Virus record (IMG/VR): IMGVR_UViG_3300044267_005327
Coordinates: 1 to 34,507 of that record
Origin: a virus
Lineage: Duplodnaviria > Caudoviricetes
Reading direction: 5' to 3' (one strand)
Length of the DNA: 34,507 bases
Numbering within the stretch: the first letter of the stretch is position 1; each line of letters opens with the position of its first letter. The notes under the pieces are model-generated. The model saw nothing but the letters and a program-made list of their open reading frames with translations, searched no databases and was not told the DNA's origin. Below, in pieces: positions 16,600 to 26,273 of the stretch. The translations under genes were made by a program, and so were the position numbers.

Positions 16600-16906
16600 C
16601 GAGCGTCTCCCCAACCAAAAAAGAACAGGCTAGATTTTTGTTGGGGTAAATCCCCACAATCGCAAAATGCGTTGTGCTTTTCCACACTTCGATTAACGGC
16701 TGCGCGGGATCAATCGCCATATTCATCAGCCCGCGCTCGACTACACGCATACCGATATTTTTAAACTGACTTAATAAAATTTCTTTAGGCCAGCACGGGT
16801 AAGTCGCTCCGCGCAAAAACGACGGCGGCGAAAATTCAAACTTCGATGCGATTGCCGGATTGGCGAATAAGAGAAAAATCGCGATGGCGGCTATTCTTTT
16901 TTGCAT
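16589..16906 (-). CDS. Signal-peptide-bearing hypothetical protein
   Basis: MQKRIAAIAIFLLFANPAIA signal peptide; two Cys in the mature part. Confidence 0.65.
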   Translation of the reverse strand: MQKRIAAIAIFLLFANPAIASKFEFSPPSFLRGATYPCWPKEILLSQFKNIGMRVVERGLMNMAIDPAQPLIEVWKSTTHFAIVGIYPNKNLACSFLVGETLDGA

Positions 16907-17046
16907 TTTGTGACAATCCACTCGGCAAAGCGAACTGAATACCAAAGCACCGTTAACCCGGCTGCGACTGTGGGCAACCAATCTAGGACGGCGGCGAAGG
17001 CGGTGATCCCCGCCGCAGCGTCACCAATCGATTTCATGTCTGTCAT
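16891..17046 (-). CDS. Small holin-like membrane protein, 51 aa (not in ORF track)
   Basis: MTDMKSIGDAAAGITAFAAVLDWLPTVAAGLTVLWYSVRFAEWIVTKCKKE; TGATG coupling; hydrophobic core with basic tail. Confidence 0.7.
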   Translation of the reverse strand: MTDMKSIGDAAAGITAFAAVLDWLPTVAAGLTVLWYSVRFAEWIVTKCKKE

Positions 17047-17264
17047 CAGATGTCCCTTTGCAGTCTCATGCAGGAGATTTTTTGAACCGGAGCGTCATAG
17101 TGCTGACGGCTAAAATTCTTTAATTCCTGAAGATTGTCACGAACGTGGACACGGCATTCTGCCATCGAGCGAAATTGCAAAATCTGTGAGTTAAGATGAG
17201 TCACTTCGATTGCTTCAATCTCTGGAGTGATTGGCAAAAAAACAAAGATGATAATCTTAAACAT
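17046..17264 (-). CDS. Hypothetical small protein
   Basis: MFKIIIFVFL... with two Cys; starts 2 nt after the chaperone stop. Confidence 0.6.
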   Translation of the reverse strand: MFKIIIFVFLPITPEIEAIEVTHLNSQILQFRSMAECRVHVRDNLQELKNFSRQHYDAPVQKISCMRLQRDI

Positions 17265-17266
17265 TT

Positions 17267-17620
17267 CTACGGTTTCGTCGGCCACTCGATCAACATGGGA
17301 TTTCGAGTATTTGCCGGGAGATCACGAAGCGCTTGGCGGTACGCCGTTTGATCGGCGCTCATTGTCATGTCCGACAACGCCCACCAATCTGTCGCAGAAA
17401 GTCGCTCGTTGCGTTGCCTTCTCAAGCTCTCCCAAGCGTTCGCCGTGTCGTCAATTGTTGGGCGTGAAAAACTCGAGCCGTCGTATAAAAATCCCGGCGC
17501 TGCGTCTTGAGCGTCGACCATGATCATTCCAACCGGCGCTTCAATCGGGGCGTCTGAATCTATCAAGACCACGTTGTCCACAACGCCGTCTTCAACGATA
17601 GCTTTTCTCAAAATTGCCAT
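17267..17620 (-). CDS. Tail fibre assembly chaperone
   Basis: 'LRRQRNERLSATDW...YRQALRDLP...WPTKP'. Confidence 0.85.
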   Translation of the reverse strand: MAILRKAIVEDGVVDNVVLIDSDAPIEAPVGMIMVDAQDAAPGFLYDGSSFSRPTIDDTANAWESLRRQRNERLSATDWWALSDMTMSADQTAYRQALRDLPANTRNPMLIEWPTKP

Positions 17621-17631
17621 ATTAAAATTCC

Positions 17632-18945
17632 TTAAACCGTTGTGATCCGTACATACCCGGCACCACCAGCACCGGAATTTCCCGTGTTTGCACCACCCCC
17701 GCCGCCAGCCGGAAAAACACCAGCCGTGGCGTTGTCGCTTCCCGCTGCACCGGCCCCGCCGTTACCGCCGATCTCCGACGTTCCTTGACGGCGAGCGGTT
17801 CCGCCGCTCCCAGCGCTCCCAGAAGCACTTCCCCCGCCACCTCCTCCACCGCCAAAAGAAGAATCGCCACCGTTCCCCCCGGAACCAGAACCATTAGCCG
17901 CTCCGCCGCCAGCTCCACCCCCCAGCGTCGAAGAGCCGCCGTTGCCGCCGGACGCATTTGAGGATTGGCCGTCGCATCCGCCGCCGCCGCCGCCATTTAC
18001 GGAATCAGCGCCATTTGCGCCAGAGCCACTGCCCCCGCCGCCGCCGCTAGGGTTTCCGCCCGCCCCGCCGGTTGATGAACCAGCAGTTCCGGCTGATGCT
18101 TGCCCTCCGCCTCCCCCGCCCGCGTACTGTCCGCCGCCCGCTTTCCCGGCCCCGCCGCCGAAGCACTGAACATGACCGCCAAAACTCGTATTGCCGCCGT
18201 CATTCCCAATCGTGTCCGAGCTAGTTTGACTGGCACCGCCCGCGCCAATCGTTACGCTGACCGTCGCGCCGATGTCGCCAATCGGAAAAGTACCCTGCTC
18301 GTAGGCCCCGCCCCCGGCCCCCCCGCCCGAAGCTCCGCCAGTTCCCTTGCCGCCCGAACCACCACCTGCCCAGCATTCCACGATCACGATGCTGCCGCTC
18401 GATGGCTTCGTCCAGGTGCCGCTCGCCGTGAATGTTTGAACGTCGCCGCCGCCGGTTTCGATGTCTTGGAATGTCGGTGCGCTGCCAGAACCGTTGCTGG
18501 TTAGCACTTGCCCACTCGTTCCAGTGGCAGTCACTCCAATCGCGCTTGTGCCGTTCCCATGCAGCACGCCGTTTGCGGTGAATGTACCAGCACCAGTACC
18601 GCCTTGAGCTACAGACAGATCGGTCGTTAACCCGGTCAGCGAGGTGATATCTGAGTTTGCACCGCTCGCGGCTGCGCTTAAGTTCGATCTTGCGTCTCCA
18701 GCGTTGCTTGCCCCGGTGCCGCCGTCTGCAACGGCAAGGTCGGTAATGCCATTGATTGTTCCGCCATCAATATTTACTGAACTAAGCGCAGTCGTGCCGG
18801 CAACCGTGTCTGCGATTTGCTTCATCATTTCGCGCAGCGCATTGTTTATATTTGACGGCGCGCAATTTTCATCGATATCAATGCCGCCAATATCGGTATT
18901 TGAAGCGGCGGTTGCGGAATAATCATTCCATGAGTTTTTTGCCAT
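17632..18945 (-). CDS. Tail fibre protein with glycine-rich C-terminal domain
   Basis: 'PSNINNALREMM' attachment region, 'LAVADGGTGA'-type repeats, 'FTASGTWTKP' and a long Gly-rich tract. Confidence 0.85.
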   Translation of the reverse strand: MAKNSWNDYSATAASNTDIGGIDIDENCAPSNINNALREMMKQIADTVAGTTALSSVNIDGGTINGITDLAVADGGTGASNAGDARSNLSAAASGANSDITSLTGLTTDLSVAQGGTGAGTFTANGVLHGNGTSAIGVTATGTSGQVLTSNGSGSAPTFQDIETGGGDVQTFTASGTWTKPSSGSIVIVECWAGGGSGGKGTGGASGGGAGGGAYEQGTFPIGDIGATVSVTIGAGGASQTSSDTIGNDGGNTSFGGHVQCFGGGAGKAGGGQYAGGGGGGQASAGTAGSSTGGAGGNPSGGGGGSGSGANGADSVNGGGGGGCDGQSSNASGGNGGSSTLGGGAGGGAANGSGSGGNGGDSSFGGGGGGGGSASGSAGSGGTARRQGTSEIGGNGGAGAAGSDNATAGVFPAGGGGGANTGNSGAGGAGYVRITTV

Positions 18946-18962
18946 CTCTTCGGTTCTCCATT

Positions 18963-18988
18963 AAAAAACCCGCCTCGGCGGGCGGGTT
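18963..18988 (-). terminator. Intrinsic terminator
   Basis: Minus strand CCCGCC-GA-GGCGGG (or AACCCGCC...GGCGGGTT) followed by T6. Confidence 0.75.
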
Positions 18989-18990
18989 AA

Positions 18991-21018
18991 TTAGGGTATG
19001 TTAATCATTAACGGTAAACTGGACGACTGCCCTCCGGCAGCGCCGCCGACTGCAACCGGCGAAATTATTCGTCCCAACGCTTTAGGCGTTCCCGTTTTTA
19101 ATGCGTCTATAACTCGCCTTGCGCCTTGCGGATCGCTAATCGCTGACAGCGTGCGGTTCAAAGTTGCGTAGTCTGTAGAAGTAAGAATTTCGGCAAGTCT
19201 TTGCGCTGCCGCTTCCCGCTGTTGCTCCGCAACATTTTTCGCGTTGCGCCCGAACACTGAACGCACAACGTCAACGATACTTGACGGCGGCGGCATTGCA
19301 GTGGCAACGCGGTCGTCAACTTGCTGCATCGCCGCCTGACGCGCAGCCGTCGCGCTATTTCCGAGAACGGTGCTCGACGTTGCTTTCATGTCGATCTCGT
19401 TTTCAAGATTGGCAATAAATTTGTTAAATTTACGCTGCCCCGCTTCATTATTATCAAATGTCGAGCGTATAAGTTTCTTGCTGCGCTCCCGCTTAATCAT
19501 ATTTCGGGCAAGGTTCGCTGTATCAACACCGCCCTCAACGCCTTCCATCAGCGCGTTCATTGCGCCAATGCGAAACGCCTCTTTTTCTGATCGACCCATA
19601 AAGCCGATTGCGTCAGCTAGTTCGTCAGGGTCAGCGCGTAAAAACTTGCGCCCTTCTGTCATTGCGTTCTGCGCTGCGGTTTCGCCAGCCCAATAATCTC
19701 TAGCGCGTTTATAAGATGGATTATTGCGGTCGATATAATCTAAAAATTTTGCGCGGGTTTGCTTTATCCCAGCAGCCCTAACAGGACCGGAGCCGCCGAC
19801 CGGCATAGCATCTTTAAAAACCTGATCGTCAAGCGCGAGCTTCAGATAATGTAAAAATTTAGTTGATACGCCAGTAACGACATCGCCGTTTTCATCAACA
19901 AGCTGTCGGCGGTCGTTCAGCACTAACTTGGGCATTCTATAGCCCGCCTCTCTGCCGATCTCCGCTGCTTCCGCAAAGGCTTGTTTCAAGCTAGGGCGGT
20001 CTAAGATTGCAGTTAGTTCATTAGTAACAGGGACATTTTTTGATGTAGCAGTGTCGTATAATTTCCCGCCGAGACGTTTTTTCTTGGCTTGCATCGACTT
20101 GAATTCGGGGAAAAACCTTGCCCGTGACCCGAACGCCTGTTGCAAGTCTTCAGTCAATCGCGTGACCATTGACTTATCGCGCTCGCGCAAAAAATCGGTC
20201 GCCGTCTTTTTAGCTTCTCCAGGCAACTGCTTCACAACATCAAGCGTAGCTTGTAGATTTGGCCCCATATCTGCCAACGCCATCGGCTTGCCACCAGCCC
20301 CTGCAACTCTTTCGGCAACGCTTGCGGGCGTTACGGAATCAGACCTCATTGCATCGCGCACGATTGAGTCGGCTATATTTGATCCAGAACTTGCTGGCGT
20401 TCCCGTGCGTAAACTCTGCAAGCCGCCGCTAATTGCTCGCCCTGCGCCACTTAATGCGCCCTGCGTAAATGCGCCAATCGTCCCGCCCTTAACGGCTCCA
20501 GAAGTTCGACTTTCAGATTCATCGGCACCCCCCGCGCCAGAAAGTGCGCCTGACGCTGCTGCTGTTCCAATCGCTCTAGGAATTGTCGCGTACATTCCCC
20601 CAGGCACTAGCAAGCCAGTAACAACGCCGCCCGCTAATTCATAGCCGAGCGCGGCACCGGGGTTTTCATCCCGATATTTTCTCATTGCGCGCCGTTCTAG
20701 AATTGTCGCTACATCGCCCTCGTCAATTGGCTCAACATCTGCGCCTTGGCGCATTTGGTTGATGCCTTTAGTCAACATCGAGAGATCATCGTCGCCAACT
20801 GCCGCACGTAGCTCTCCGATAATTTCATCGGAAAAATTCATCGACGCGCCGGCAATGAAAGCTGCAAAGCCGCCGTCTAAAACCGACCCGGATTCCGCAA
20901 GCTCAACGACCCGTTTCGCAAGTTCGATTTTTTCGGGCTTTGTAATTGCGTTACGTTCCAGCGCCGCCTTTGTCTGATCGATGAAGGCGTTAAACGATGT
21001 TTCAATTTTTTCGGTCAT
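18991..21018 (-). CDS. Putative internal virion / DNA ejection protein
   Basis: 675 aa, Ala/Gly-rich with hydrophobic segments; third of three genes in the ejection-protein position. Confidence 0.65.
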   Translation of the reverse strand: MTEKIETSFNAFIDQTKAALERNAITKPEKIELAKRVVELAESGSVLDGGFAAFIAGASMNFSDEIIGELRAAVGDDDLSMLTKGINQMRQGADVEPIDEGDVATILERRAMRKYRDENPGAALGYELAGGVVTGLLVPGGMYATIPRAIGTAAASGALSGAGGADESESRTSGAVKGGTIGAFTQGALSGAGRAISGGLQSLRTGTPASSGSNIADSIVRDAMRSDSVTPASVAERVAGAGGKPMALADMGPNLQATLDVVKQLPGEAKKTATDFLRERDKSMVTRLTEDLQQAFGSRARFFPEFKSMQAKKKRLGGKLYDTATSKNVPVTNELTAILDRPSLKQAFAEAAEIGREAGYRMPKLVLNDRRQLVDENGDVVTGVSTKFLHYLKLALDDQVFKDAMPVGGSGPVRAAGIKQTRAKFLDYIDRNNPSYKRARDYWAGETAAQNAMTEGRKFLRADPDELADAIGFMGRSEKEAFRIGAMNALMEGVEGGVDTANLARNMIKRERSKKLIRSTFDNNEAGQRKFNKFIANLENEIDMKATSSTVLGNSATAARQAAMQQVDDRVATAMPPPSSIVDVVRSVFGRNAKNVAEQQREAAAQRLAEILTSTDYATLNRTLSAISDPQGARRVIDALKTGTPKALGRIISPVAVGGAAGGQSSSLPLMINIP

Positions 21019-22196
21019 TTATAGATACTCGGCACAGAAACACCCGTAGATTTTCCGGCAGGCGGAGTGAACTTGAAATTTCCAAAGCCTTGCCTCTTAT
21101 CAAAATCTAGCAAAGAGTTACCCTGCATAAGATAAAATCTGGTGGGGTTCGTATTAATTAATTCCTCATTTTCCAAAGCAAATTGGTTAAGGAATTTGGT
21201 TCTAGCAATCACCCGACGCGCCTTTTCTTTTGCCGCCGCTATCAGCTTCAAATTTCCTTCCCTTGTATTCATCAATTGAGGACCAGCTTGGAAGATCATG
21301 TCCAAGTCTCTATCTGTCGGATTTTGCCCTAGCTTTTTGACGTTAGAAATTGCTGCTTGCGTTGTGATTGCTAGGAATTGTTCTTCGTTTGAAACATCTA
21401 CGTCGGACAAGCCCGCAGCGCGGAGCGCTTTGTTAATTGTTGTAAATAATTCTTGCCCGAATCCTGTTTTAACTCCCTTATCATATAAAGATTCTAATTC
21501 GTTCATTTCGGAGAGGGTAGAGGCAGCAATACCTCCTGCCTCACGGCTTTCGTCCAAGCCTTTTAATATTAAATCTCCTGCACTTTTCCCCGTACTAACC
21601 GATACATTGGTTCCGGCAGGCGTAAGAAGTTTTGTTTTCATAGCTTCGAGGGTTGCCCTTTGCGGACTGCCTTCGGGTAACCCAGCTAAAGCCGAATCAA
21701 TATAATTTAATGTTTTTATAGATGTCGGCGTTCTGTCTTTTAAACCCGCACCTAGCACTGCACCAAACGCCTCGGCTCCCTTATCGCCTAAAACCAAGCC
21801 TCGCAATATTGGACGCATCGCGGCTGGTATAGATTGCATAAGCGCGGAGGGTTGTTGCACCGTCATCGGTGCCATGTCTTCATCCATCGTCTGAACGGTT
21901 TGCGGCTGTAACTCGTTAAGAAAGGCATCCCGAGCTTGTTTCTTCCGTTCATATTTTTCTTGCTCGCGTTTCCATAATTCGTCTTCGCGATTCAGCTTTC
22001 GCGCCAGAAGATTGCGCTGCGCGTCCGTGTTCAGGCTGTTTTGGTAGACCTTCATGATATTGCCGAAATCCAACCCTCGAGCGGTTGGATCGAGGCGAGC
22101 GGCACCGGCATTTTGTAATTGACTGCCCAATTCTGCAAGCGCTGCAAACGCGGCAAACCTGCGGGAATTTGGGCTTAAGAGATCGTTGTAATCCAT
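21015..22196 (-). CDS. Putative internal virion / DNA ejection protein
   Basis: 393 aa, helical; position; 'NPTDRDL' motif. Confidence 0.6.
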   Translation of the reverse strand: MDYNDLLSPNSRRFAAFAALAELGSQLQNAGAARLDPTARGLDFGNIMKVYQNSLNTDAQRNLLARKLNREDELWKREQEKYERKKQARDAFLNELQPQTVQTMDEDMAPMTVQQPSALMQSIPAAMRPILRGLVLGDKGAEAFGAVLGAGLKDRTPTSIKTLNYIDSALAGLPEGSPQRATLEAMKTKLLTPAGTNVSVSTGKSAGDLILKGLDESREAGGIAASTLSEMNELESLYDKGVKTGFGQELFTTINKALRAAGLSDVDVSNEEQFLAITTQAAISNVKKLGQNPTDRDLDMIFQAGPQLMNTREGNLKLIAAAKEKARRVIARTKFLNQFALENEELINTNPTRFYLMQGNSLLDFDKRQGFGNFKFTPPAGKSTGVSVPSIYK

Positions 22197-22210
22197 TTTT
22201 AAAAATCCTT

Positions 22211-23107
22211 TTACGGCTTCGGCTTTCCGCCAAATCCCTGTGCCGCCATTCCGCTGGCTCCCACCAATGACGCCAGGGTGCCGAATCCGCGTGCTGTCGG
22301 ATTTCCGAAAATAGGCTCTGTCGTCGTACCGGCTTGGCCGATTGTGCTGCCCTGCGTCAATGCCGCAAATCGATTAAGCGCTGCATCGCGCTCGCCCTGC
22401 AAAAAGTTGAATCGATTGATCTCGTCAGCGAGCGCTTCCTGCGCCTTGCCTTCAAGTATTCCACCGAAGCCAGCGAGTCGACTGATATCATCATAATCTG
22501 ACGCCGCTACTTGCGGCGCTAGTTGCGCGGCTTGCTGTCGTATTCCTGCGTCTGCCTGTGACAGACCGCCGAGAAGTCTTTGGGCTTCATGCTGTCGCGC
22601 ACGCTCGCGCTCGTAATCGTCGCGGTATATGGGTGCGACCGCGTCAGTCAATGCGGTCAAATTTGCGGTTGACCCTAGCCTACCAGCTTGACTCATTAGC
22701 CCCTGCACCTTGTCGGTTGCCCGCCCGACCGCAGCGTCAAGAAACGGATTTTGCCGATCTAAAAAATCACCTCTTGCTGTTTGCATCAAAAACGGCATGC
22801 CAGCATTGCGAAAATCCAACCCCTGCAGCATCGCGTCCCGCGATGCGTCGGCGAAGGGCGAGCCAGCCCGCGCACGATCAACCCCAAGGCCAATTGCCTC
22901 CGTTGTTAGGGGATCAAAGTCGACGAATGTCTGACCCCCGAAAAACTCCCGTGGCGTCTCGTAATTCGCCTGTGCCTCCTTTAAGACTCGCTCGAGATAC
23001 GGCTTGGCGTATGCAGGCGGATCGATGTTTTGCGTTGTAACTTTTGTCGCCTCTTGCTCAACCTTGCCACCAAAAACGTCTCCCACCAAATCACCAACGA
23101 AGCTCAT
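22211..23107 (-). CDS. Putative DNA ejection protein (P22 gp7-like position)
   Basis: Gly/Ala/Gln-rich; 'PPAYAKPYL' and 'QNPFL'; hydrophobic Gly-rich termini. Confidence 0.6.
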   Translation of the reverse strand: MSFVGDLVGDVFGGKVEQEATKVTTQNIDPPAYAKPYLERVLKEAQANYETPREFFGGQTFVDFDPLTTEAIGLGVDRARAGSPFADASRDAMLQGLDFRNAGMPFLMQTARGDFLDRQNPFLDAAVGRATDKVQGLMSQAGRLGSTANLTALTDAVAPIYRDDYERERARQHEAQRLLGGLSQADAGIRQQAAQLAPQVAASDYDDISRLAGFGGILEGKAQEALADEINRFNFLQGERDAALNRFAALTQGSTIGQAGTTTEPIFGNPTARGFGTLASLVGASGMAAQGFGGKPKP

Positions 23108-23460
23108 AATTTTCTCAGCATAATCGTTGCCGCCTCTTCATAATGTTCCAGGGTTCGAAGCCACCCGCGCCGACCGGCGATTGTGACCTTTTCATACCCG
23201 CGTGCCTTCGCGACTGCTGTGATGTCGCGCTCGATGTTTTTCAGTTCGTCCAGATGTCCGCCTGCCAGCCAAAAATGCAGATGCTTTCCGGCGGACAGGC
23301 TTTGCGTGACCACCGCGCTGCGGTTGCCGACATGCAACTCTGCGCGGCCTTCTTCTATCCGTTGATAAACGTCAGCGAGCGTGTGCATATCGCCACTGTG
23401 CTTCAGCGCATCCCGAATGTGGGGGAGCGCCAGCGGCCAGTCCCTAGCCAATGACGACAT
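23104..23460 (-). CDS. GNAT-like fold morphogenesis protein
   Basis: 'LHFWLAGG.LDEL...GRRGWLRTL'; ATG at 23460. Confidence 0.65.
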   Translation of the reverse strand: MSSLARDWPLALPHIRDALKHSGDMHTLADVYQRIEEGRAELHVGNRSAVVTQSLSAGKHLHFWLAGGHLDELKNIERDITAVAKARGYEKVTIAGRRGWLRTLEHYEEAATIMLRKL

Positions 23461-23761
23461 AGTCGAAACTACGTGTCGTTGATGCGCTCGCGTGCGTAAT
23501 CGTAAAAGTATTTTTCGAGCGGGCGCTGACAAACATTCCGCCCGCCGCCAGTTCGCTCGCGCCGTCGCTCGTCGTCGGCATGAACAGGATGACGCTTTCG
23601 GCACCGACCCTAAAATCTGTGACAGCAGTTGACGTCGCGCTGTTCGTCAGCGTTACCGATGCCGTTGCGTTTAGTTTTCCCTGTAAAATGTTATTAACTA
23701 CTTCAGCGTTTTCGCGCTGATCGGAATACACAGAAATACCACGAAAATTTACGCTTGGCAT
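23444..23761 (-). CDS. Small virion structural protein (tail needle-like position)
   Basis: Thr/Ser-rich beta composition; TGATG coupling to the tail hub gene. Confidence 0.65.
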   Translation of the reverse strand: MPSVNFRGISVYSDQRENAEVVNNILQGKLNATASVTLTNSATSTAVTDFRVGAESVILFMPTTSDGASELAAGGMFVSARSKNTFTITHASASTTRSFDYVVIG

Positions 23762-25230
23762 CAGCGCAGACCAGTTGCCTGGGCGTCAACGTCCACACCT
23801 TGCGCCTGGCGCCAGTCGTCTGACAATTCCAGACGGATGCGGTGAAAGCGTCCTTCTGACCGAACTGGGCAAAAGCCCTCTGAGTTGATGGCAGACGCTG
23901 CCGTAAATGTGACGCCTTCATGTTGTAGCGTCCTGCTTCCAACTTTTGCCGAGATGGTCGGTGCAATCGTTCCACCGCTAACGTACGGAATAACGGTATT
24001 GACGATTGAGCGACGTCCAGTTTCAACCTGGAATTCTCCGGTATCAATTACCGCCGGCAACGTTGTTCCGGTAAAACTTTGGATTTTTTTGTCCTTACTT
24101 GCCGCGAAGAAAAATGATCCGCCAGTGAACATGCCGTCGTCCAAAGACGCAGGCAGACTGTCAATGCTACTACTAATTGCGTCGAGTTGCTCTAAAGTGT
24201 GGCCCCCAGTGAATAGTGGTGCGAGCGTGTCACAGTCGACCACGGCTCGAGACCATTTATTCAAAAAATGATTGTAGATTAGCAACTCGTCGTTTGTGCC
24301 ATCGACAGAATCGACTGATGGATATGCCCATATGACTATCTGTTGCAGAGGGTCAATCGCTGCCCTCATGTTGCCGCGCTCCGAATGCTTCAAGCGCCGG
24401 AAAAAAAAGTCATTTATTTTTTCTGCACCAATCGGCACGAGATCAGCGCCGCTAAGCATATAAAAACCGTCGTCCGAAAGAAAGAAAACTTGTTGCGCTC
24501 CAATGGAGGCGACCGATCCAGGGACGGCGCAGCCGCGAGACGTAATAATCTTCTCGAACTGATAGATCAGCGGAGCGCCGACAAACTGACCGCGAACGAT
24601 GCCTCGCTCAAATAGCGCTATCGCGTATTCGCCTCCGACCAATCCGGTGCAATCGCCTAAATCTGCTACATCTTGGAAGTCGGAGAGATTTGTTCCAGGC
24701 GTCCATCCGGTCGCAGAGTTGATTGCGGACCACCACAGCCTGTACGGTTTTGTACCGTCGCTGCTGTCGTTCGTGTAGCCGACCATCACCTGATCTCGGA
24801 CGATTGCGATGAATTTCGCCCGTGGCGGCGTGCCGGATAAATTTGCAAAATTACCGCCAGCGGCAACCGCGCTTGTCTGGATTTGGTTGTCAAAATTTGT
24901 CGCTAACAACGTTTCGCCAAATTGAACAAACCGCCAAATATTAGTGCCGCTGGTCGAATAGCCGCCGCCGACGCTTTTATCCGCAAGCGATGAATCGGTT
25001 GTATCAAAAATATAGAGTTTTCCTTTATCGCCGACATAAAGGGCGCTATTGCCATCATCATCTTTGCCCGCAAACATTCCGAGAATATTGTTGGTGGCGG
25101 CTCCACTGACCGGGGCGATGTTTTTGAGTGATCGATATCCTCGCACCGCTGGAATGACATTTTTCGCCTCAACAACACCCGCGTTTTCGAAGGCAGGTTG
25201 ATCCGGCGTAAAGTCGGCGAAATTTATCAC
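23761..25230 (-). CDS. Tail hub / nozzle protein (P22 gp10 / tail tubular B-like)
   Basis: 489 aa with beta-propeller-like composition; 'FADFTPDQP...AKNVIP'; position. Confidence 0.75.
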   Translation of the reverse strand: MINFADFTPDQPAFENAGVVEAKNVIPAVRGYRSLKNIAPVSGAATNNILGMFAGKDDDGNSALYVGDKGKLYIFDTTDSSLADKSVGGGYSTSGTNIWRFVQFGETLLATNFDNQIQTSAVAAGGNFANLSGTPPRAKFIAIVRDQVMVGYTNDSSDGTKPYRLWWSAINSATGWTPGTNLSDFQDVADLGDCTGLVGGEYAIALFERGIVRGQFVGAPLIYQFEKIITSRGCAVPGSVASIGAQQVFFLSDDGFYMLSGADLVPIGAEKINDFFFRRLKHSERGNMRAAIDPLQQIVIWAYPSVDSVDGTNDELLIYNHFLNKWSRAVVDCDTLAPLFTGGHTLEQLDAISSSIDSLPASLDDGMFTGGSFFFAASKDKKIQSFTGTTLPAVIDTGEFQVETGRRSIVNTVIPYVSGGTIAPTISAKVGSRTLQHEGVTFTAASAINSEGFCPVRSEGRFHRIRLELSDDWRQAQGVDVDAQATGLR

Positions 25231-26270
25231 GCTGCTAATCTCCAGATTTCGCTGTCAGCAGAAACCTCTGCCCAAGTTTCGCCGCCAGCAGAAACCTCTG
25301 TCCAAGTTTCGCCGCCGGCAGAAATGTCGCTCCACGTTTCACCGAGTTTTTCGGATGTTGCCGAAATCTCGTATGCCGTAGTCACCGTGCTAGACACAAC
25401 GGCGATGATTGAGGACGACGCCGAAGTCGTTGATGAAATTTCCGCAGCCACCGTCGAGGCGGCAGTTAGCTGGGGAGTTGGAGTATTTCCGCTAACCTCA
25501 ATCGGTGCGGTTGCCGACATCCCATGAAGATGCTGCGAGCTTGCCGAAGCGGTGAGCGCAATCTCAACGGAATCAGCAACGGTCTGAATGCGCTCTGCCG
25601 CAGCGCTTGTTGTCACCGCAATCGACGACGACGCAGACGCTGAGAAAATACGCTCCGATGCCGCGCTCGCGGTTACCGCAATTGCGGCACTTGCGGTGAC
25701 AAGACTAACGTCTCCGAAACTCGCATTCGCTGTGACCGATATGTCTGCCGATGCCGTGACGGATTTAATGCTCGTCGCGCTTGCCGATGAAGCAACTGCA
25801 ACATCGACGCTGGCGGCGACAGCTTGAACCCGTTGTGCCGACGCACTTTCGGTAAGCGCGATGGCAGCACTGCCGCTGGCGGCTTGAACGCGCTGCGCCG
25901 ACGCTGTCGTCGTCGCGGCCACTGCCGCCGTTCCGCTGACAGATTGAATGCGTTCGGCGGAGCCGCTCGCTGTAACGGCAATTGCAGCAGAGCCGGAAAC
26001 ATCAACGAGGACTTCGGTTGTCGCAGTAGCCGTCGCCGTTACGCTGATCGAAGCCGGCGTACCGTGACTAGCTGCGTCAAGAGATGACGCGAGGTCATCG
26101 ATGCCGACGCAAAAAGCGTCAAGCTGTTCCAGAGTCGGGCTTGCCCGAAAATTTCCGGTCAGGCGCAGCTTTCTGGTCGTCCAACCGGAGTTGTCGAGCG
26201 AAAGGTCTAGGCTGTCGAGGTCACCCCAAGCGTCGAGTTGGTCAAGATTGGGGCCGGTGATTTCCGGCAT
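25227..26270 (-). CDS. Ala/Ser/Thr-rich repetitive virion protein
   Basis: About 21-aa repeats (e.g. SGSAAIAVTASGSAERIQSV) and C-terminal 10-aa ETW-E/D-SAGG repeats. Confidence 0.7.
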   Translation of the reverse strand: MPEITGPNLDQLDAWGDLDSLDLSLDNSGWTTRKLRLTGNFRASPTLEQLDAFCVGIDDLASSLDAASHGTPASISVTATATATTEVLVDVSGSAAIAVTASGSAERIQSVSGTAAVAATTTASAQRVQAASGSAAIALTESASAQRVQAVAASVDVAVASSASATSIKSVTASADISVTANASFGDVSLVTASAAIAVTASAASERIFSASASSSIAVTTSAAAERIQTVADSVEIALTASASSQHLHGMSATAPIEVSGNTPTPQLTAASTVAAEISSTTSASSSIIAVVSSTVTTAYEISATSEKLGETWSDISAGGETWTEVSAGGETWAEVSADSEIWRLAA

Positions 26271-26273
26271 GAA

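Noticed and set aside
17640-18370. C/G-run-rich low-complexity DNA and Pro-rich antisense ORFs
   Set aside because: Explained by glycine codons of the tail fibre.
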